Virus record (IMG/VR): IMGVR_UViG_3300042878_001826
Coordinates: 32,001-96,000 of that record
Length of the DNA stretch: 64,000 nt
DNA from: a virus
Strand: one strand, 5' to 3'
Both the position numbers and the translations under genes were made by a program. A model generated the notes under the pieces. The model saw nothing but the letters and a program-made list of their open reading frames with translations. It was not told the origin of the DNA and did not search any database. Positions 49,839-60,068 of this stretch are shown here, piece by piece. Each line of letters begins with the position of its first letter. The stretch's first letter is position 1.

Positions 49839-50158
49839 AATTTTCTTGTTTCTCCTACAAAAACCACATTGTGGTCTCTTACTAATCTTTCTAAGTGCAT
49901 GTTGTCCTTTGCATAAAGGTAGAACTTTCCTTCTTTATATGTCTCAACGAAATGATATTCTTCGTCAAATAACTCGACACCGTACAAACGATCTTCTTCA
50001 CCGATACCAACATCGGTATGGTCATTACGTTTAAGCCAAGTAAGTATTCCGGTTTGTTCTTCGTTGTTCATTATATCAATATACTTGAACGAATACATTT
50101 CGTCAAGATCATCTAATATCCAACTTTTTGAATCAACTTCAAAATATACTTTTTTCAT
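49835..50158 (-). CDS. Hypothetical protein
   Basis: Coupled ORF. Confidence 0.65.
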   Translation of the reverse strand: MKKVYFEVDSKSWILDDLDEMYSFKYIDIMNNEEQTGILTWLKRNDHTDVGIGEEDRLYGVELFDEEYHFVETYKEGKFYLYAKDNMHLERLVRDHNVVFVGETRKL

Positions 50159-50379
50159 ATTCCTATTTTGTTAAGTTTATAATCTCTTATTTCATCTAGA
50201 TTCAATTCTTTAAGATGTCTTTCATGAACAACTAAGTCGTATTCTTCATCATCGATAAAAAAGAATACTCTCATATAATATTTATTTTCAAAAGAAGCTT
50301 TATAGATACCACCGTATTTTAGAGGTTCGTAACAAAAATCCTTTATTTCTCTATCACTTGATATTACTTTAACATACAT
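50155..50379 (-). CDS. Hypothetical protein with C-terminal RDYKLNKI motif (likely start MYVKVI)
   Basis: Shared C-terminal motif. Confidence 0.65.
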   Translation of the reverse strand: MYVKVISSDREIKDFCYEPLKYGGIYKASFENKYYMRVFFFIDDEEYDLVVHERHLKELNLDEIRDYKLNKIGI

Positions 50380-50380
50380 A

Positions 50381-50752
50381 TTACATTCCAATTTGTTTCT
50401 CAACCATACCTTCAAGAAATCTTTCCATTTCTTTAGACAATTCTACTTCAACATCATCAATAAGGAATCTGTTGATAGAAACCGTTGCTTCGTCTAAACA
50501 AAAATCAGATGCAGGTGGAGTCCAATAGTCGCCAGGACATTCGTCAAAGTATCCACTCAACTCAAGTGTGTATTCGATAACGATGCAAACGTCGTCGTTT
50601 CCAACAGGATTGAAAGAAATCCATTCTTCTTCTCTACAAACTGATCCATCATTTTCATAGATTAACTCACTGAAGTCTTCAGATTTTTTAAAGTCTCCAT
50701 CATAGAATGATAAGTTGTTGAAATCAATCGTGTATGTTTGGTCTAAGCTCAT
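50381..50752 (-). CDS. Acidic hypothetical protein
   Basis: TATATTTG box at 50776..50769; PGDYWTPP segment. Confidence 0.7.
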   Translation of the reverse strand: MSLDQTYTIDFNNLSFYDGDFKKSEDFSELIYENDGSVCREEEWISFNPVGNDDVCIVIEYTLELSGYFDECPGDYWTPPASDFCLDEATVSINRFLIDDVEVELSKEMERFLEGMVEKQIGM

Positions 50753-50801
50753 ATCGTTTTTATTTCTACAAATATACGCAAGAAATGCCGGGTAGACAAA
50801 T

Positions 50802-51110
50802 CTATCCGGCTATTTTTTTGATCTCTGAGAATAATTTTTTCCTTGGCTCTCGATGCTTGACATCGCTAGGTATATTTTCTGAGTAGTTATGTGTACTCTT
50901 TGAACCAATGGCATCTTCTACATAGGAAGTGTATGGATCTCCGATTCCATGAATATTCCGAAGCTTTTCGTAGAGTCCTTCCCAAAGGTTCTTCGGAGTC
51001 TCGTTTCTTTTCAGAAACTCAAATATGGGTTCTTTTCCAATCTCACTTAAACTTTTTCCGGAGGCGGTGACCGCGTCGGAAAGTGTCTGCAATAGTTCTT
51101 TCGTGTTCAT
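50802..51110 (-). CDS. Hypothetical protein
   Basis: 102 aa ORF following the kinase gene. Confidence 0.6.
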   Translation of the reverse strand: MNTKELLQTLSDAVTASGKSLSEIGKEPIFEFLKRNETPKNLWEGLYEKLRNIHGIGDPYTSYVEDAIGSKSTHNYSENIPSDVKHREPRKKLFSEIKKIAG

Positions 51111-51115
51111 CTTTT

Positions 51116-51595
51116 CTATAGTATAATTGTTGTATCATATCCTTCTTCTAAAGTTGGCTCTTGATATGAGTCAATCATAGATTTGATTACGAATGGTGGT
51201 ATCCATTTGTTTTCCTTTGCATTACGGTCGATGTTTCTTCGAGTGTATTCTTCATCCGATAAGATTGGAAATACTACTGCAACTCTTGAAAAGTCCTTTC
51301 CAAAGTTTCTTAAAGTCGCCATTCTTCTTTTAACGGTCATGTTGGTCATGTCGATTATGACGCTGGTCTTTAAGTCGTTTGCTTCTTTTAATCTGGTGGC
51401 CAATACTCTGTCTACTTCTTTTTGGTCAACTTCTTTGAACGCGAGGTTGTAGTCTCTCGATCCAAATACTTCCATAACAATCTCGTCACGAGAAATGACC
51501 TGCGTGTTTGGATAGTTGTTTCTTATATAAGTAGACTTACCTGAAAGAGTAGGTCCAATTAACATCATTACAAAAGGCTCTTTAATATTTTTCAT
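51116..51595 (-). CDS. Polynucleotide kinase-like P-loop kinase (AAA_33)
   Basis: IGPTLSGKST, ISRDEI, VIIDMTN..RR, IP..VIKSM..EPTLEEG; TTG-N19-TATCTTTG promoter at 51629..51600. Confidence 0.85.
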   Translation of the reverse strand: MKNIKEPFVMMLIGPTLSGKSTYIRNNYPNTQVISRDEIVMEVFGSRDYNLAFKEVDQKEVDRVLATRLKEANDLKTSVIIDMTNMTVKRRMATLRNFGKDFSRVAVVFPILSDEEYTRRNIDRNAKENKWIPPFVIKSMIDSYQEPTLEEGYDTTIIL

Positions 51596-51647
51596 ATATC
51601 AAAGATAAGGAATATTTTTCGAGTAACAAAATTTAATATATAAACTT

Positions 51648-52496
51648 ATGAGTGGAATAATAAGCAAACAAATAAATAACAAGAACATTTTGTTCTATTT
51701 TGATGCTGCAAACCTAAAATCATATAATGGAACCAGTAATGTTGGATATAGCCTTGTTCTTGGAACTACAGCATCTTTGTTAACAGGTGTTACTTGGAGT
51801 ACGGTAAATAGTGGTGTTATGAGGTTCAATGGAACGTATTCTGCCGTTCCAAATATAACTACTTATACTGGATATACAAAAGATTCTTGGATAACATGTG
51901 GAGACAGAATACCTAAACTTGGATTATCATTTCCATTTACTTTAGAAGCATGGATAAATCCAAAGAAGCTAAATGGTCTAACTACAACAATACCCTATGG
52001 AGTATTCGCACTAGATTCGACAGAGTCTTTTTCGCTCAATGGCTCTATTTCCTATTATTATGGTTTAGATTTAGGTCTTTCTACAAACGATGGGACAGAC
52101 ACGCATAATTTTACATGTGGGTACTACAACGGTACTGGGTATGGGTCTGGTGCTAGGAGGTCTACAATTACATTAGAAAGGCCTGTTATATGTGGAAATT
52201 GGAACCATGTAGTTGCTGTAGTTTCCGCACTTAACACGTTTACATTTTATATAAATGGAGAGTCTACACCAATCGAACTTGTGGGTTCCGAATTCGGATC
52301 GGGAGAGAACACTTCAGGAATAGTATGGAGTGGTGGAATTGGAAAGACGGTAATCGGAAAGGGTGCAGGATACTACAAATACATATTCAACGGAGATATA
52401 GCAATGGTAAGAGCTTACAACTCAGCACTAAGTGCGGATAATATAAAGCAAAACTACAACCTTCATGCAGTAAGGTTTGGACTTAATATAAAATAG
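51648..52496 (+). CDS. LamG/concanavalin-like domain protein (putative virion)
   Basis: YFDAANLKSY, FTLEAWINP, WNHVVAV, YINGE, VRAYNSALS. Confidence 0.8.
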   Translation: MSGIISKQINNKNILFYFDAANLKSYNGTSNVGYSLVLGTTASLLTGVTWSTVNSGVMRFNGTYSAVPNITTYTGYTKDSWITCGDRIPKLGLSFPFTLEAWINPKKLNGLTTTIPYGVFALDSTESFSLNGSISYYYGLDLGLSTNDGTDTHNFTCGYYNGTGYGSGARRSTITLERPVICGNWNHVVAVVSALNTFTFYINGESTPIELVGSEFGSGENTSGIVWSGGIGKTVIGKGAGYYKYIFNGDIAMVRAYNSALSADNIKQNYNLHAVRFGLNIK

Positions 52497-52504
52497 ATTT
52501 AAAA

Positions 52505-55210
52505 ATGGGAGTAAGAGGAATATACTACGGAGGAATAGTCTTGGATGGCTTGGTATTCCATATCGACGCAGCAAAACAAGAGTCTTACGCGAAGAGAGGA
52601 CTTAGATACATGCAGAACGGAAACAGCAACCTGTTCATAGATTTCGCGGATACTTCTAAAAGTCCATCTACGGAAAATGCCACAGGTACTATAATAAATG
52701 GTGTTACTTTTAGTAACTTTGCACCATATCATCTATCAACCACACCATATTGGCACAATCCTGCAACGACTGCATGGAAAGATAGTGCAGGAATAGGAAC
52801 TTTCTACGGAAACTTAGAGTTTGATGGTGTAAATGACTATGTGAGTTTTGGATCGACACCTGAGATGGATGGAATAAAGGATATAACGGTATCTGCGTGG
52901 TTCTATGTAAATAAATTTAAAAGTGGTGCTGTTCCTGCCGGTGGAACAACAAGTATCATAGCGTCTCGATACAACGGTGTTAATGGATGGGCTCTTGGTT
53001 ATAATAATCAAGGAGTGGTTTATTTTGATGGAAGAGAAAGTGGTGCAGAATATCTGTCAGTAACTGCAAGTATTCCAGTAAAGTCTTCAAATAGTACTAC
53101 GAATGGTGGTTGGTACAACGCGGTTGGAACAAAACAAGGAAGTGTTTGGAGTATATACGTTGCAGAAACCAATAGGTATATTGTCGATGGAGATAGAAGT
53201 ATATATGTAGCAGCGTACCAACAATCTCTTTTAGGTACTCGAACAATGGGAGTTGGAACTACTACATTCACAACAAACAATCTATATTTAGGTTGTGTTG
53301 TATTTGGCACACCTACTTTACACATGGATGGAAGGTTGATGTCTTTGTCGGTATACAACAGAGCACTATCTCTTAGTGAGATAAACCAAAACTACGATTC
53401 TGTAACAAAGAGAATAATAAAAAATTCTGTTCCTGCAAGTCCTGAGTTCATAACAAAATGGAATACAAGCATTCCAATAATGGAAACAGCAACCGGTATT
53501 ATAGAGATACCTATAAATCCCTCATATACCTACAACTACACAGTCGACTGGGGAGATGGAATAACTACTACCGGACACACAGGAAATGCGACACATACAT
53601 ATGCTACGAATGGTATATACACAGTAAAGATAACCGGAACTTTTCCTGCGATTTTTACATCTAACAATATTTATAAAGTTAGGATGATTGAGGTGAGTCA
53701 ATGGGGAACAAATGTTTGGCAAACAATGGAGAGTGCATTCTATGAATGTTCAAATATGAACGTGACTGCAACGGATGCACCTAATCTTTCTGTAGTTACA
53801 AATATGTTTGCAATGTTTAGAGGATGTATATCCATGAATGGTAATATATCGAGCTGGGACGTATCTAATGTTACGAGAATGATTGATATGTTCTCTCAAG
53901 CAACTTCGTTTAATCAGCCACTTAATTCTTGGAATGTTTCGGCGGTTACTGAAATGCAAGGTATGTTTGCAGGAGCAACGTCTTTTAATATGCCACTTTA
54001 TTCTTGGAATACGATGTCAGTAATAAGTATGGCGGGTATGTTCGGAAATGCGGTATTATTTAATCAGAATATATCTGCTTGGAATACCTCGGCTGTTACT
54101 GAAATGTCTAGTATGTTCGATGGGGCGACCGATTTCAATAATGGTGGACAACCGATGCTTACTAGCGGAAATAGCTGGAATACATCGGCGGTTACAGATA
54201 TGAGTACCATGTTCTATCAGGCCAGTTCTTTCAATGCGAACATAAGCAATTGGAATACTGCAAATGTGACTAATATGGGTGCTATGTTCTATGAGGCAAG
54301 TGTTTTTAATTCGAACATAAGTAGTTGGAATACTGTAAATGTGACTGCAATGTATAGTATGTTCTTTAACGCATATTCCTTCAACAGACCAATCGGTTCT
54401 TGGAACACTGCAAATGTGACTGGTATGGGTAGTATGTTCTGGGGTGCAACATTGTTCAATCAGAATATATCCGCTTGGAATACCGCTGCGGTTGTAGATA
54501 TGAGTGGTATGTTCTTTAGTTCTGCATTCAACAATGGTGGACAGCCAATGCCTACTAACGGAAATAGCTGGAATACATCGTCGGTTCAATATATGAGCAA
54601 TATGTTCAATCAAGCTACAAACTTCAATCAAAATATAGCAACATGGAACACTTTGAGTGTTATTTCTATGAGACAGATGTTCTATGGTGCTTCTGCTTTC
54701 AACAATGGTGGACAACCGATGCCGACTAATGGAAATAGTTGGAATACCACGAATGTTACAGATATGTGGGGTATGTTCTCTTACACTACAAACTTTAATC
54801 AAAACATAGCAACATGGAATACTGCAAATGTTACTACTATGGGTCCTATGTTCAACGGTAGTATATTCAACAATGGAGGACAACCAATACCAAGAAATGG
54901 AAGTAGCTGGAACACCGCATTGGTTACGGATATGAACTCAATGTTCTATATGAACGACGCGTTCAACCAAAACATAGGAACTTGGAATGTTTCTAACGTA
55001 ACAGACTTCACAAATTTCATGTCGACAAAAACTCCGACTACGTTATCAACTGCGAATCTTGATGCTATATATATAGGATGGGTTAGTAGACCAGTTAAAC
55101 CAAATATCATCATCTCGTTTGGAACGGCGAATAGAACTTCCGCGAGTACAAGTGCAAGAAACGCATTAATAGTTGCTAATTTATGGACTATAACAGATGG
55201 TGGAATATAA
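52505..55210 (+). CDS. LamG + PKD + DUF285/BspA-like repeat surface/adhesin protein
   Basis: LamG N-terminal half, VDWGDG/HTYA PKD-like module, about 15 repeats of WNTxxVTxMxxMFxxAxxFNxxI. Confidence 0.88.
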   Translation: MGVRGIYYGGIVLDGLVFHIDAAKQESYAKRGLRYMQNGNSNLFIDFADTSKSPSTENATGTIINGVTFSNFAPYHLSTTPYWHNPATTAWKDSAGIGTFYGNLEFDGVNDYVSFGSTPEMDGIKDITVSAWFYVNKFKSGAVPAGGTTSIIASRYNGVNGWALGYNNQGVVYFDGRESGAEYLSVTASIPVKSSNSTTNGGWYNAVGTKQGSVWSIYVAETNRYIVDGDRSIYVAAYQQSLLGTRTMGVGTTTFTTNNLYLGCVVFGTPTLHMDGRLMSLSVYNRALSLSEINQNYDSVTKRIIKNSVPASPEFITKWNTSIPIMETATGIIEIPINPSYTYNYTVDWGDGITTTGHTGNATHTYATNGIYTVKITGTFPAIFTSNNIYKVRMIEVSQWGTNVWQTMESAFYECSNMNVTATDAPNLSVVTNMFAMFRGCISMNGNISSWDVSNVTRMIDMFSQATSFNQPLNSWNVSAVTEMQGMFAGATSFNMPLYSWNTMSVISMAGMFGNAVLFNQNISAWNTSAVTEMSSMFDGATDFNNGGQPMLTSGNSWNTSAVTDMSTMFYQASSFNANISNWNTANVTNMGAMFYEASVFNSNISSWNTVNVTAMYSMFFNAYSFNRPIGSWNTANVTGMGSMFWGATLFNQNISAWNTAAVVDMSGMFFSSAFNNGGQPMPTNGNSWNTSSVQYMSNMFNQATNFNQNIATWNTLSVISMRQMFYGASAFNNGGQPMPTNGNSWNTTNVTDMWGMFSYTTNFNQNIATWNTANVTTMGPMFNGSIFNNGGQPIPRNGSSWNTALVTDMNSMFYMNDAFNQNIGTWNVSNVTDFTNFMSTKTPTTLSTANLDAIYIGWVSRPVKPNIIISFGTANRTSASTSARNALIVANLWTITDGGI
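53760..55020 (+). repeat. Tandem coding repeats (about 25 aa DUF285 units, four carrying an NNGGQP insertion)
   Basis: Recurrent TGGAATAC..ATGTTC and AACAATGGTGGACA units. Confidence 0.85.
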
Positions 55211-55220
55211 TATATAGTAT

Positions 55221-57005
55221 ATGATATCAAAATATAATAACTTTATTTTAGAAAAAGCTTTAAACGAGTCTACTTTATATGTTTCTCCTGAGATACTTAA
55301 AAGGCTACAAAAGATTGGTAGTGAAATATCAAGAGATTTAATAAATCAGTTAGGACAGGATATAAAGCCAGATGCAACATTCTTGGACGAAAGTGATAAA
55401 GAAGGTGAACTTACTTTCATCACGATAAGAAATGCAATCAAAAAACTAAGTGATATATATCATGGTGATCCAGATTTCGTTAAGAGTATTGGGGAGCCAG
55501 CAGTTGATACTTTTGCAATAAATATTTCAACCATGTTAAAGAACAACGAACCTGATTTCTGGACTCAATCAAGAAATCCTATAAAGATAGGTAGATTCAT
55601 AAGACAGGTATTTCCAGGTAAATATTCAGATGTTGATATTGAGAAGTTTGTTAACGCATTCAAAAGCTCCGATGAAAAGGATCTACAGAAGTTCATTCTA
55701 GTAGAAGGAGAAGATATTGCAAAATACTATTGGCACGAAAACTATAAAGAGATGGCAGGAGACTTAGGAAGATCTTGTATGGCAAGAAAGAAATTCTTCA
55801 ACATCTATACTCAAAATCCAGAAGTTTGTAGACTTTTAGTTCTTTTAGAAGATGACAAAGTGATAGGAAGGTCTCTTATATGGAAGTTAGATAGAAACAA
55901 CGGAGAAAGTGAGATTGAGTATTTCATGGATAGACAATATACCATAGAGCAATCAGATGTCATCAAGTTCACAAACTACGCAAAAGAAAACGGATGGGCA
56001 TATAAAACATACAACAACCACCATAGCTATTCAAACATAACCCATTTAGGAAGAGAGATGAACTGTGAGATAGTCGTAAAGATAGAAAAGAAGAATTATG
56101 ATGAGTATCCTTATATGGATACACTCAAAAGATTTAATCCAAAGACAGGAGAACTTTTCAACGATACGGATAAAGATGGAAATGAAGGTCAGTTTCTATT
56201 AGAAGATACTGATGGAGACTACACGGAAATAAAATCGGGAAAATGGTCTGAATATTATGATACAGAAATAGATGAAGATGATGCTGTATGGTCTAATGCA
56301 TATGGCGACTGGTTACCTGAGAACAGAGCAGTTCACATAGAAACAGGAAGAGGTAGAAGTAATACTGGATGGTTTCCAGAAGATGACGAAAACATCTACT
56401 ACTCGGAATGGGAAGATGAATATCTACACATAGACGACTGTAGATATTCTGAAGACAAAGACGAATACATACTGAGTAGAAATTCTATATCGGCTGCATA
56501 TAAAATATATGAAGATGGAAGTATAGAAACAAGCTGGTATCACCAAGACGACGACCATTGCATAGATATAGACAGAACGATGAGATGGTATGAAATACTA
56601 TCGGAAAAAAATTCTGATTGGGAAGATGTTTCTAGAATGAATCTAAAAATCACAGATAGATGGAGTACAGTATATAAAGAATTCTATCCTAAGATATTCA
56701 AAGTATTCTTATATAGAATGAAAAATTCAAAAGATAAAATCTATCTAAGCGTAAGAGATGCGAAGATACTTGGATTTGAATATGACAAAGATGATATGAT
56801 TGAGATAGATGACTTCGAATACCACAAGAGATTGAATGAAGCTTATGTAAATGATAAAAGTTTATTTGATACTTTAACAGAGAAATTGGAGAATGATCTT
56901 ATTCCGAATACAGAAAGAATCGCGGATGAAGGCGAAGAAGATATGAAACAAATGTATGTCAATAGGCTTCAAAGAGCTTGGGACAAAATGGGTTATGATA
57001 AATAA
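55221..57005 (+). CDS. 594 aa hypothetical protein with capsid-targeting-like N-terminus and acidic repeats
   Basis: MISKYNNFILEKALNES; IKIGRFI, LGRSCM, GRSLIW, FMDRQY, YPYMDT; TAATATATA-N4-ATG. Confidence 0.75.
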   Translation: MISKYNNFILEKALNESTLYVSPEILKRLQKIGSEISRDLINQLGQDIKPDATFLDESDKEGELTFITIRNAIKKLSDIYHGDPDFVKSIGEPAVDTFAINISTMLKNNEPDFWTQSRNPIKIGRFIRQVFPGKYSDVDIEKFVNAFKSSDEKDLQKFILVEGEDIAKYYWHENYKEMAGDLGRSCMARKKFFNIYTQNPEVCRLLVLLEDDKVIGRSLIWKLDRNNGESEIEYFMDRQYTIEQSDVIKFTNYAKENGWAYKTYNNHHSYSNITHLGREMNCEIVVKIEKKNYDEYPYMDTLKRFNPKTGELFNDTDKDGNEGQFLLEDTDGDYTEIKSGKWSEYYDTEIDEDDAVWSNAYGDWLPENRAVHIETGRGRSNTGWFPEDDENIYYSEWEDEYLHIDDCRYSEDKDEYILSRNSISAAYKIYEDGSIETSWYHQDDDHCIDIDRTMRWYEILSEKNSDWEDVSRMNLKITDRWSTVYKEFYPKIFKVFLYRMKNSKDKIYLSVRDAKILGFEYDKDDMIEIDDFEYHKRLNEAYVNDKSLFDTLTEKLENDLIPNTERIADEGEEDMKQMYVNRLQRAWDKMGYDK

Positions 57006-57006
57006 G

Positions 57007-57035
57007 AAAAGTCGAAGAGAAATCTTCGACTTTTT
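57007..57035. terminator. Bidirectional intrinsic terminator
   Basis: AAAAGTCGAAGA-GAAA-TCTTCGACTTTT with a GNRA loop. Confidence 0.85.
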
Positions 57036-57038
57036 GAT

Positions 57039-57755
57039 TTATTTGGTGGCTACTAATACTTTTACTCTTGGAAACTTCGTGCTGAATATTCTATGGTATC
57101 CATCAATCACTCGCCATTTGTCTCCAGACTTCTTTACAATCCCTCTGATACCATTGTAGTTTTTATCAGAATAAAAATCTAAGTCTTTTTTCATTACTTT
57201 ATCTAAATGCTTTTCGGTACCGAATATGATGTCGTCTTTATCGATTGTAATAGATTCGTAGTTTGAATCTGTAATCTCTGGAAGAATCTTACCGTATTCT
57301 ACTTTCAAAAGATACTCAATCTTTTCTTTTAAACTAGGTAATGAAAATACAGTCATAAGCTCTTCTTCAATCTTGTCTGCAATAGATTCTTTTATTCTGA
57401 CATCGTTTACTTCTTGTCCATAGTACCCACCTTCAACTTCAATATCCCAGTTATCAGATTCCCATATTTTATAGGATCTAATAATTCTATCAATCGTATA
57501 GATGTCTATGTCTTTTCCAATACCATAAAGAACTTCGTTGATTGTGTTGTTTCTATTAGCAGCCTTTCCTTCTTCGAAAAATTCGTCGTATATTTTTTTG
57601 ACTATTAAAGATACATCAACAGACTCAACAGACTCATTATGAATACTACCACATCTACATATACCTTCTTCATCACACCCATAATTTTCACAATCATAAG
57701 TATAGCTATAGTCTACGTAAACACCGTTGTATTGAAATTTTATGTCTTTGAGCAT
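57039..57755 (-). CDS. ParB/Srx-like domain protein with an N-terminal Cys cluster
   Basis: C-terminal WRVIDGYHRI; CENYGC..ICRC. Confidence 0.62.
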   Translation of the reverse strand: MLKDIKFQYNGVYVDYSYTYDCENYGCDEEGICRCGSIHNESVESVDVSLIVKKIYDEFFEEGKAANRNNTINEVLYGIGKDIDIYTIDRIIRSYKIWESDNWDIEVEGGYYGQEVNDVRIKESIADKIEEELMTVFSLPSLKEKIEYLLKVEYGKILPEITDSNYESITIDKDDIIFGTEKHLDKVMKKDLDFYSDKNYNGIRGIVKKSGDKWRVIDGYHRIFSTKFPRVKVLVATK

Positions 57756-58045
57756 CTTCTTCTTAGTTTATATTTTCTACCCTCTATTGTTTTGTAGCCA
57801 TAAAACTTACCGTCTCTCATAGAGATATAGATTTCTTTGAGTATGTTTCCTGAAAGGTCGTGCCAGCCAGAATGAACCAGTTCTTCCTCACAGAATGGAT
57901 ACCATTGATTCAGTCTGTTGACTTTTCTCTTACCATCAACATTGATTGGATTATCTAAATAAAGAAACTTAGAATCACCAAGATTCTCGTTCTTCTTATA
58001 CATCATCTTTATTCTTGAAACAAGGTGTGCCTTTATGAAATTCAT
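57740..58045 (-). CDS. Hypothetical protein
   Basis: Coupled ORF. Confidence 0.6.
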   Translation of the reverse strand: MNFIKAHLVSRIKMMYKKNENLGDSKFLYLDNPINVDGKRKVNRLNQWYPFCEEELVHSGWHDLSGNILKEIYISMRDGKFYGYKTIEGRKYKLRRRCSKT

Positions 58046-58461
58046 ACTGCTTGCCCGTTTACGACTCCTTTGTGGTATCCTCTGAAGTCTGGATAGGTAA
58101 TACCTTCTACTTTGTCTAAGTAGTTGGTGATTGCCCCAATGATGTTTTGACGACCATTAGTATTGTCAGAGTGAACGTACCAGCTTTTAGGAAATGATTT
58201 GTCATTATCTAAGCAGTATCCGATTACATAGTCGACTGCATTTTTTCCCGTCATTTCGTTTCCGTCCGCGTCAAAGCAAGCCAAGTCGTGGTCGAAAGAG
58301 ATCAAGTCAATGTCGTCGAATTTCGCGTTTACAACGTCTACAAAGTCGTCGTAGGTTCTAACAATAGTCCAGTCAGAATCTTTGGAATAAGCTACTCCTA
58401 ACCCTTTAGAAGAGTTGTGTGCCATGTTCGCGGATCTGATGTCGTCTAAAAATAAGTTCAT
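58042..58461 (-). CDS. Cyclic-phosphate-processing receiver-like domain protein (second paralog)
   Basis: LFLDDIR, WTIVRTY, ISFDHDL, TGKNA, VHSDNTNG. Confidence 0.8.
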   Translation of the reverse strand: MNLFLDDIRSANMAHNSSKGLGVAYSKDSDWTIVRTYDDFVDVVNAKFDDIDLISFDHDLACFDADGNEMTGKNAVDYVIGYCLDNDKSFPKSWYVHSDNTNGRQNIIGAITNYLDKVEGITYPDFRGYHKGVVNGQAV

Positions 58462-58462
58462 T

Positions 58463-58633
58463 TTAGTCTAAGTAAATGTCTAAGTATTCAGTGAAGCAAT
58501 AGTCTAATAGTACGCCTTGGTACATCAGCTGTTCGTATTCAAAAAGGTTATCACACTTTGACAATCTGTCGATGATGAAGTTCGCGTAGATTTGTCCAAA
58601 GTATTGAGCGATTTGTTTTAGTTTATTTTTCAT
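58463..58633 (-). CDS. Small hypothetical protein (likely start MKNKLK)
   Basis: ATGA overlap with the upstream gene. Confidence 0.55.
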   Translation of the reverse strand: MKNKLKQIAQYFGQIYANFIIDRLSKCDNLFEYEQLMYQGVLLDYCFTEYLDIYLD

Positions 58634-58884
58634 TGTTCGTTTTTTAAAAGTTCTTCTAATTGATTGATAGTTATTACAGACTCTACGTTTGTTAGGTTCT
58701 GCTCGCCTAGTGGTCTTGAAAGCTGAGATTTTAACCAAGTCTCTCTAGTACTATTCTTAATCTGCGTTGCCTTTTCAAAGGAAGTTGGATCGGAAGATAC
58801 AATGTCCCATTCTTTTTTCCCAAAGTTTTCGCTAAACGGATCTGTTTCGGTCCAGCTGCAGATAACAACATATATATTTTCCAT
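58630..58884 (-). CDS. Hypothetical protein
   Basis: TATCTTTG box at 58908..58901. Confidence 0.65.
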   Translation of the reverse strand: MENIYVVICSWTETDPFSENFGKKEWDIVSSDPTSFEKATQIKNSTRETWLKSQLSRPLGEQNLTNVESVITINQLEELLKNEQ

Positions 58885-58919
58885 AGTGTTTTATTTTAAA
58901 CAAAGATAAGGAATGTTTG

Positions 58920-59372
58920 CTAGTTTTGAAAGTTTCTAAGAAATTTCTTTTCGACTGGTCTCAAACCATCCATTCCGCACTGTCCGATTCTGTCCAGAAC
59001 GAGGTCCATGTCGAGGTTGTCGTAGATCCATTGGTCGAGCTTGGCCTTGTACGTGTTCCATCTGAAACGGTTTAAGGCGTTCACGAATGGCTTAAGCGAG
59101 CTTTCGACACAGAGCTTGTTGTCCAGAACTCTTTCTGAAACATCTTCTGTTGTGTGCTCGATAAGGTTGTTGTCCAATATCTTAGAATACTTCTCTATGT
59201 CTAACGGAGAGAATATAAGATAAAGAGTATAACGTTCCTTGTCGTTGAAGTCAAAGAACGAATCCGGGTTCATAGAAGATATAGCAAGTTTCTCTTGCTC
59301 GGAAAACCTTTCGTAGTCTTTGTCAAGCTCGAAAGAGGATTTGTTGAATTCTATTTTGTATACTCTGTTCAT
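58920..59372 (-). CDS. Hypothetical protein with DUF6576-like C-terminus
   Basis: MDLVLDRIGQCGMDGLRPVEKKFL resembles the ID.ILDKI..G..SL..EK.FL motif. Confidence 0.6.
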   Translation of the reverse strand: MNRVYKIEFNKSSFELDKDYERFSEQEKLAISSMNPDSFFDFNDKERYTLYLIFSPLDIEKYSKILDNNLIEHTTEDVSERVLDNKLCVESSLKPFVNALNRFRWNTYKAKLDQWIYDNLDMDLVLDRIGQCGMDGLRPVEKKFLRNFQN

Positions 59373-59411
59373 ATGGTATATATATTAAAAACATGTAACA
59401 TCATGATATAC

Positions 59412-60065
59412 TTATAACTCTATAATATCATTATGTTCTTGTCCTAAGATTTCGAAAGATTTCCAATCATATCCTGATTGTCTAGAATCTTTTGTCAATG
59501 CCACATAGTAAATAGTGCCACCTAAATCTGCTTTTATTACTTTTGGTATAAGGTGATTCTTTACTTTCTTAAACTTCTCACAAAGTTTTTCGTTTACAGC
59601 TTCTTCGATTATACCAAATACATGACGATCAAAAACAGACTTCATCTTCTCTAATCTTCTAAGCTCTTCACCAAGCTCGAATTGTTTTTGTTTGCTTAAA
59701 ATAAAGTTTATCTTTTCTTCTCTTGCGAGAACTTTTTCTTTAGAGAAAGTAACTCTGTCAGTAGAGTAAGCCCATCCAAAATGTTCGTCTTTTCTTATAG
59801 AGTATTTATAAGTAATTCCATCTCTATCAAAATAGACTTGCATAGATCCTTTTTCACCTGGATTCATACTATCAATAGGTTCGACTTCATTGATTATCTT
59901 ATCGATGAAATCTGAAAAGTCTTTTCTTCTCCTATCCGCTCTTTCTTTTGCACGAAGATAAAGTTCATGTAGCTCTTTGAAGCTCCAAGTCTTTGGATCT
60001 CTATCGAATTTACATTCAAACTCCCATCTTCTCAAAAAGTTTACTCCCAGGTTTTTATTGTACAT
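59412..60065 (-). CDS. Hypothetical protein with internal REEKINFIL motif
   Basis: 217 aa ORF. Confidence 0.7.
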   Translation of the reverse strand: MYNKNLGVNFLRRWEFECKFDRDPKTWSFKELHELYLRAKERADRRRKDFSDFIDKIINEVEPIDSMNPGEKGSMQVYFDRDGITYKYSIRKDEHFGWAYSTDRVTFSKEKVLAREEKINFILSKQKQFELGEELRRLEKMKSVFDRHVFGIIEEAVNEKLCEKFKKVKNHLIPKVIKADLGGTIYYVALTKDSRQSGYDWKSFEILGQEHNDIIEL

Positions 60066-60068
60066 TGC

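Noticed and set aside
54056-54883. 275 aa antisense ORF, and other short antisense ORFs in the track such as 113..310, 10598..10816 and 63037..63582
   Set aside because: These are shadow frames of real genes or of regulatory DNA, with no motifs or start context.
53760-55020. CRISPR array
   Set aside because: The repeats are degenerate, in frame and protein-coding, with no unique spacers.
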